Part shown: in pieces, positions 62,381 through 64,000 of the stretch
Layout: each line of letters opens with the position of its first letter
Numbering within the stretch: position 1 is the first letter of the stretch
The notes under the pieces: generated by a model
What the model was told of the DNA's origin: nothing
Databases searched by the model: none
The model's input: the letters and a program-made list of their open reading frames with translations, nothing else
Origin: Setoptus koraiensis
Lineage: Eukaryota > Animalia > Arthropoda
Direction: 5' to 3'
NCBI GenBank assembly: GCA_048013815.1
Contig: CM106586.1
Coordinates: 744,001-808,000 of the forward strand
DNA length: 64,000 bases
Position numbers and translations under genes: made by a program

Positions 62381-63338
62381 GGGTGTAGTCCCGAAGAGCG
62401 CCACACTTCTATTGAGATGAAACTTCACACATGGGGCCCGTAGGGCCCCCTCAGTACAAATTGAGCGGTCCGGAAGTGCGGAAACTCCCGGTTCCGGTTT
62501 TAATATAACTTCGAGATACAGACTCAAAACTCGGTACACTGGTAGATTCAAGCATGCTGAGCACAACGCCATCAATTTCAGCCATGTTGGACGCGCGGTT
62601 TTTGAGATTTTTGGGAAAAACCAAGAGAAAGTTGTTAAAAGTTGGGGTTGCCCTGATAAGGGCCGTTTTTGTTGGTTTTCACCTCTTGCTTGCTATTCTA
62701 TGCGCATGATCTTAGCGAGTTCAGCGAACGGGTCTTTGTTCGATGGAATGCCGTCATTGGACGACCTGCCAGAAGCTATACTTGCGCAATCGGTCGGAAT
62801 TACGCTGATTGATGAACTGTTAAATCTGAAGCCTGCGCATTCGATGGGATGCTGTGAAATCTTGGGCTTCACAGTTCGCAGTCTGATTATCTCTTTTGAC
62901 AGGGTATGGATTGCAGTCACGTGAGCGGAGGGTAGAGGGCGCAGCCCGATACCCGAAGCGCTCATCAACTCTACCCGAAGGGTTCCCGTCGCACGGAGTC
63001 GTCGCGAGAGCGACGACGGAGATGTGACTGCCTCCAGATTACGAGGCCGCAGGCCGAGTTCTTGGACCCATCACAATCAGAGCGAAGCTAAGGTCTGTTT
63101 CTACTATTCCTTGCTGTATTGGACGCGACTTCATCGATGTACCAAAAATTACCCCGAAAAAATACCCGCAAATCCCCAAGCGGCTGTCGGGTATCGAGAA
63201 ACGCCCATATAGCGTTACCTCGGTTATCTCGGGAACCAAGAATTTCCGCGAATCCATCGCGGTATCAGGGTACAATACCCTACCCAAAAATACCCAAAAT
63301 ACCCCGAAAAAAGTGTGGCGCTCTTCGGGACTATAACC
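62381..63338. mobile_element. GG-ended MITE, complete
   Basis: Perfect TSD AAACATTC; the uninterrupted equivalent site is visible in the opposite TIR (58060-58085). Confidence 0.92.
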
Positions 63339-63619
63339 AAACATTCTTCCCCTCTCAATATTTATGAGAGCGATTGTACATAGATATGGCTTGTTTTGCC
63401 GGCGATTCTTTTATTATACAGAACCTGTTTGTTCAATCCTCTGTTTCTTGCGATGCAGTCCATGGATAATTCTCTACAAGTAGAACAACTTCATGTTTTA
63501 TCTTCCGCTCTGCAAGAGTTTTTGCCGGCGATTCATAATTCTTGGTAAACAAATTTTGAACAGCTAGAATGTGATGATGAGGTGGCAGACTTAAAATTCG
63601 ATCATATCTGTAGCTCACT

Positions 63620-63888
63620 GTGTATTAGGGAGCGGAGCTACTTAAGTCTCAATCAAGCTGCAGCTTACAGTGTGCTAGGGAGTAGGAGCGACCTAAGTCT
63701 CAACTAGAGTGTGGCTTACTGTGTGCTGAGGAGGTGGAGTGACTTAAGTCTCATTCAGGCTGTAGCTTTCTGTGTGCTAAAGAGGGGGCGTGACTCGAAA
63801 TTGTAGGCTTGTGTGTGGATTGCCTCCTCCATTTAGAATCCAACATCACTACGTCATTAGCGCTTAATTAAAATTAAGCGCTAAAAAT
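63620..63888 (-). mobile_element. HINE 5' end (second subfamily; also at 54983-55400)
   Basis: rc palindromic 5' end at ~63857-63888 with 51-bp repeats. Confidence 0.7.
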
Positions 63889-64000
63889 CTGTATCTTCTG
63901 CGATGAGATATGCATGTTGTCCACCAATGATGAATTTGACAAATCTGTCAATGATCAAATCATCACTGAATAAAAATCTTGTGTTGGCGATATCCTTCAT

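Larger units (their letters stand above)
58032..63376. mobile_element. Small TA-flanked TIR element (~570 bp net) hosting nested insertions
   Basis: TA|CAATCGCTCTCAT...ATGAGAGCGATTG|TA; ~58-bp TIRs, the right one split by MITE 62381-63338. Confidence 0.7.

Overview
Eukaryotic (probably invertebrate/arthropod; inference) transposon-dense window with two ~500-N scaffold gaps (12103-12603, 34104-34603). No intact ordinary host gene, rRNA, tRNA or CRISPR is visible. It is a nest of Ty1/copia and Ty3/gypsy LTR elements, an R1/Jockey-like LINE remnant, DNA transposons (Tc4/Tc5-like pogo, MULE, hAT, Tc1/mariner remnant) and two abundant non-autonomous families: Helentron/DINE-1-like elements (HINEs) inserted at TT, and GG-ended MITEs with 8-bp TSDs. 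Removing nested insertions at their TSDs restores several reading frames. Main theme: mobile elements here encode secretory-pathway proteins. (i) A family of pogo-type DD35D transposases has N-terminal signal peptides; one copy lies in a complete ~2.9-kb element with ~200-bp TIRs and a TGA target duplication. (ii) One envelope-like glycoprotein family is fused in frame to the pol C-terminus of two copia elements and one gypsy element. (iii) An intact MULE carries a secreted prepro-peptide-like cargo gene. Also present: a captured ABCA transporter fragment and a small PxDLS+chromodomain gene. Protein identities come from motif recognition by eye; no database searches were run.
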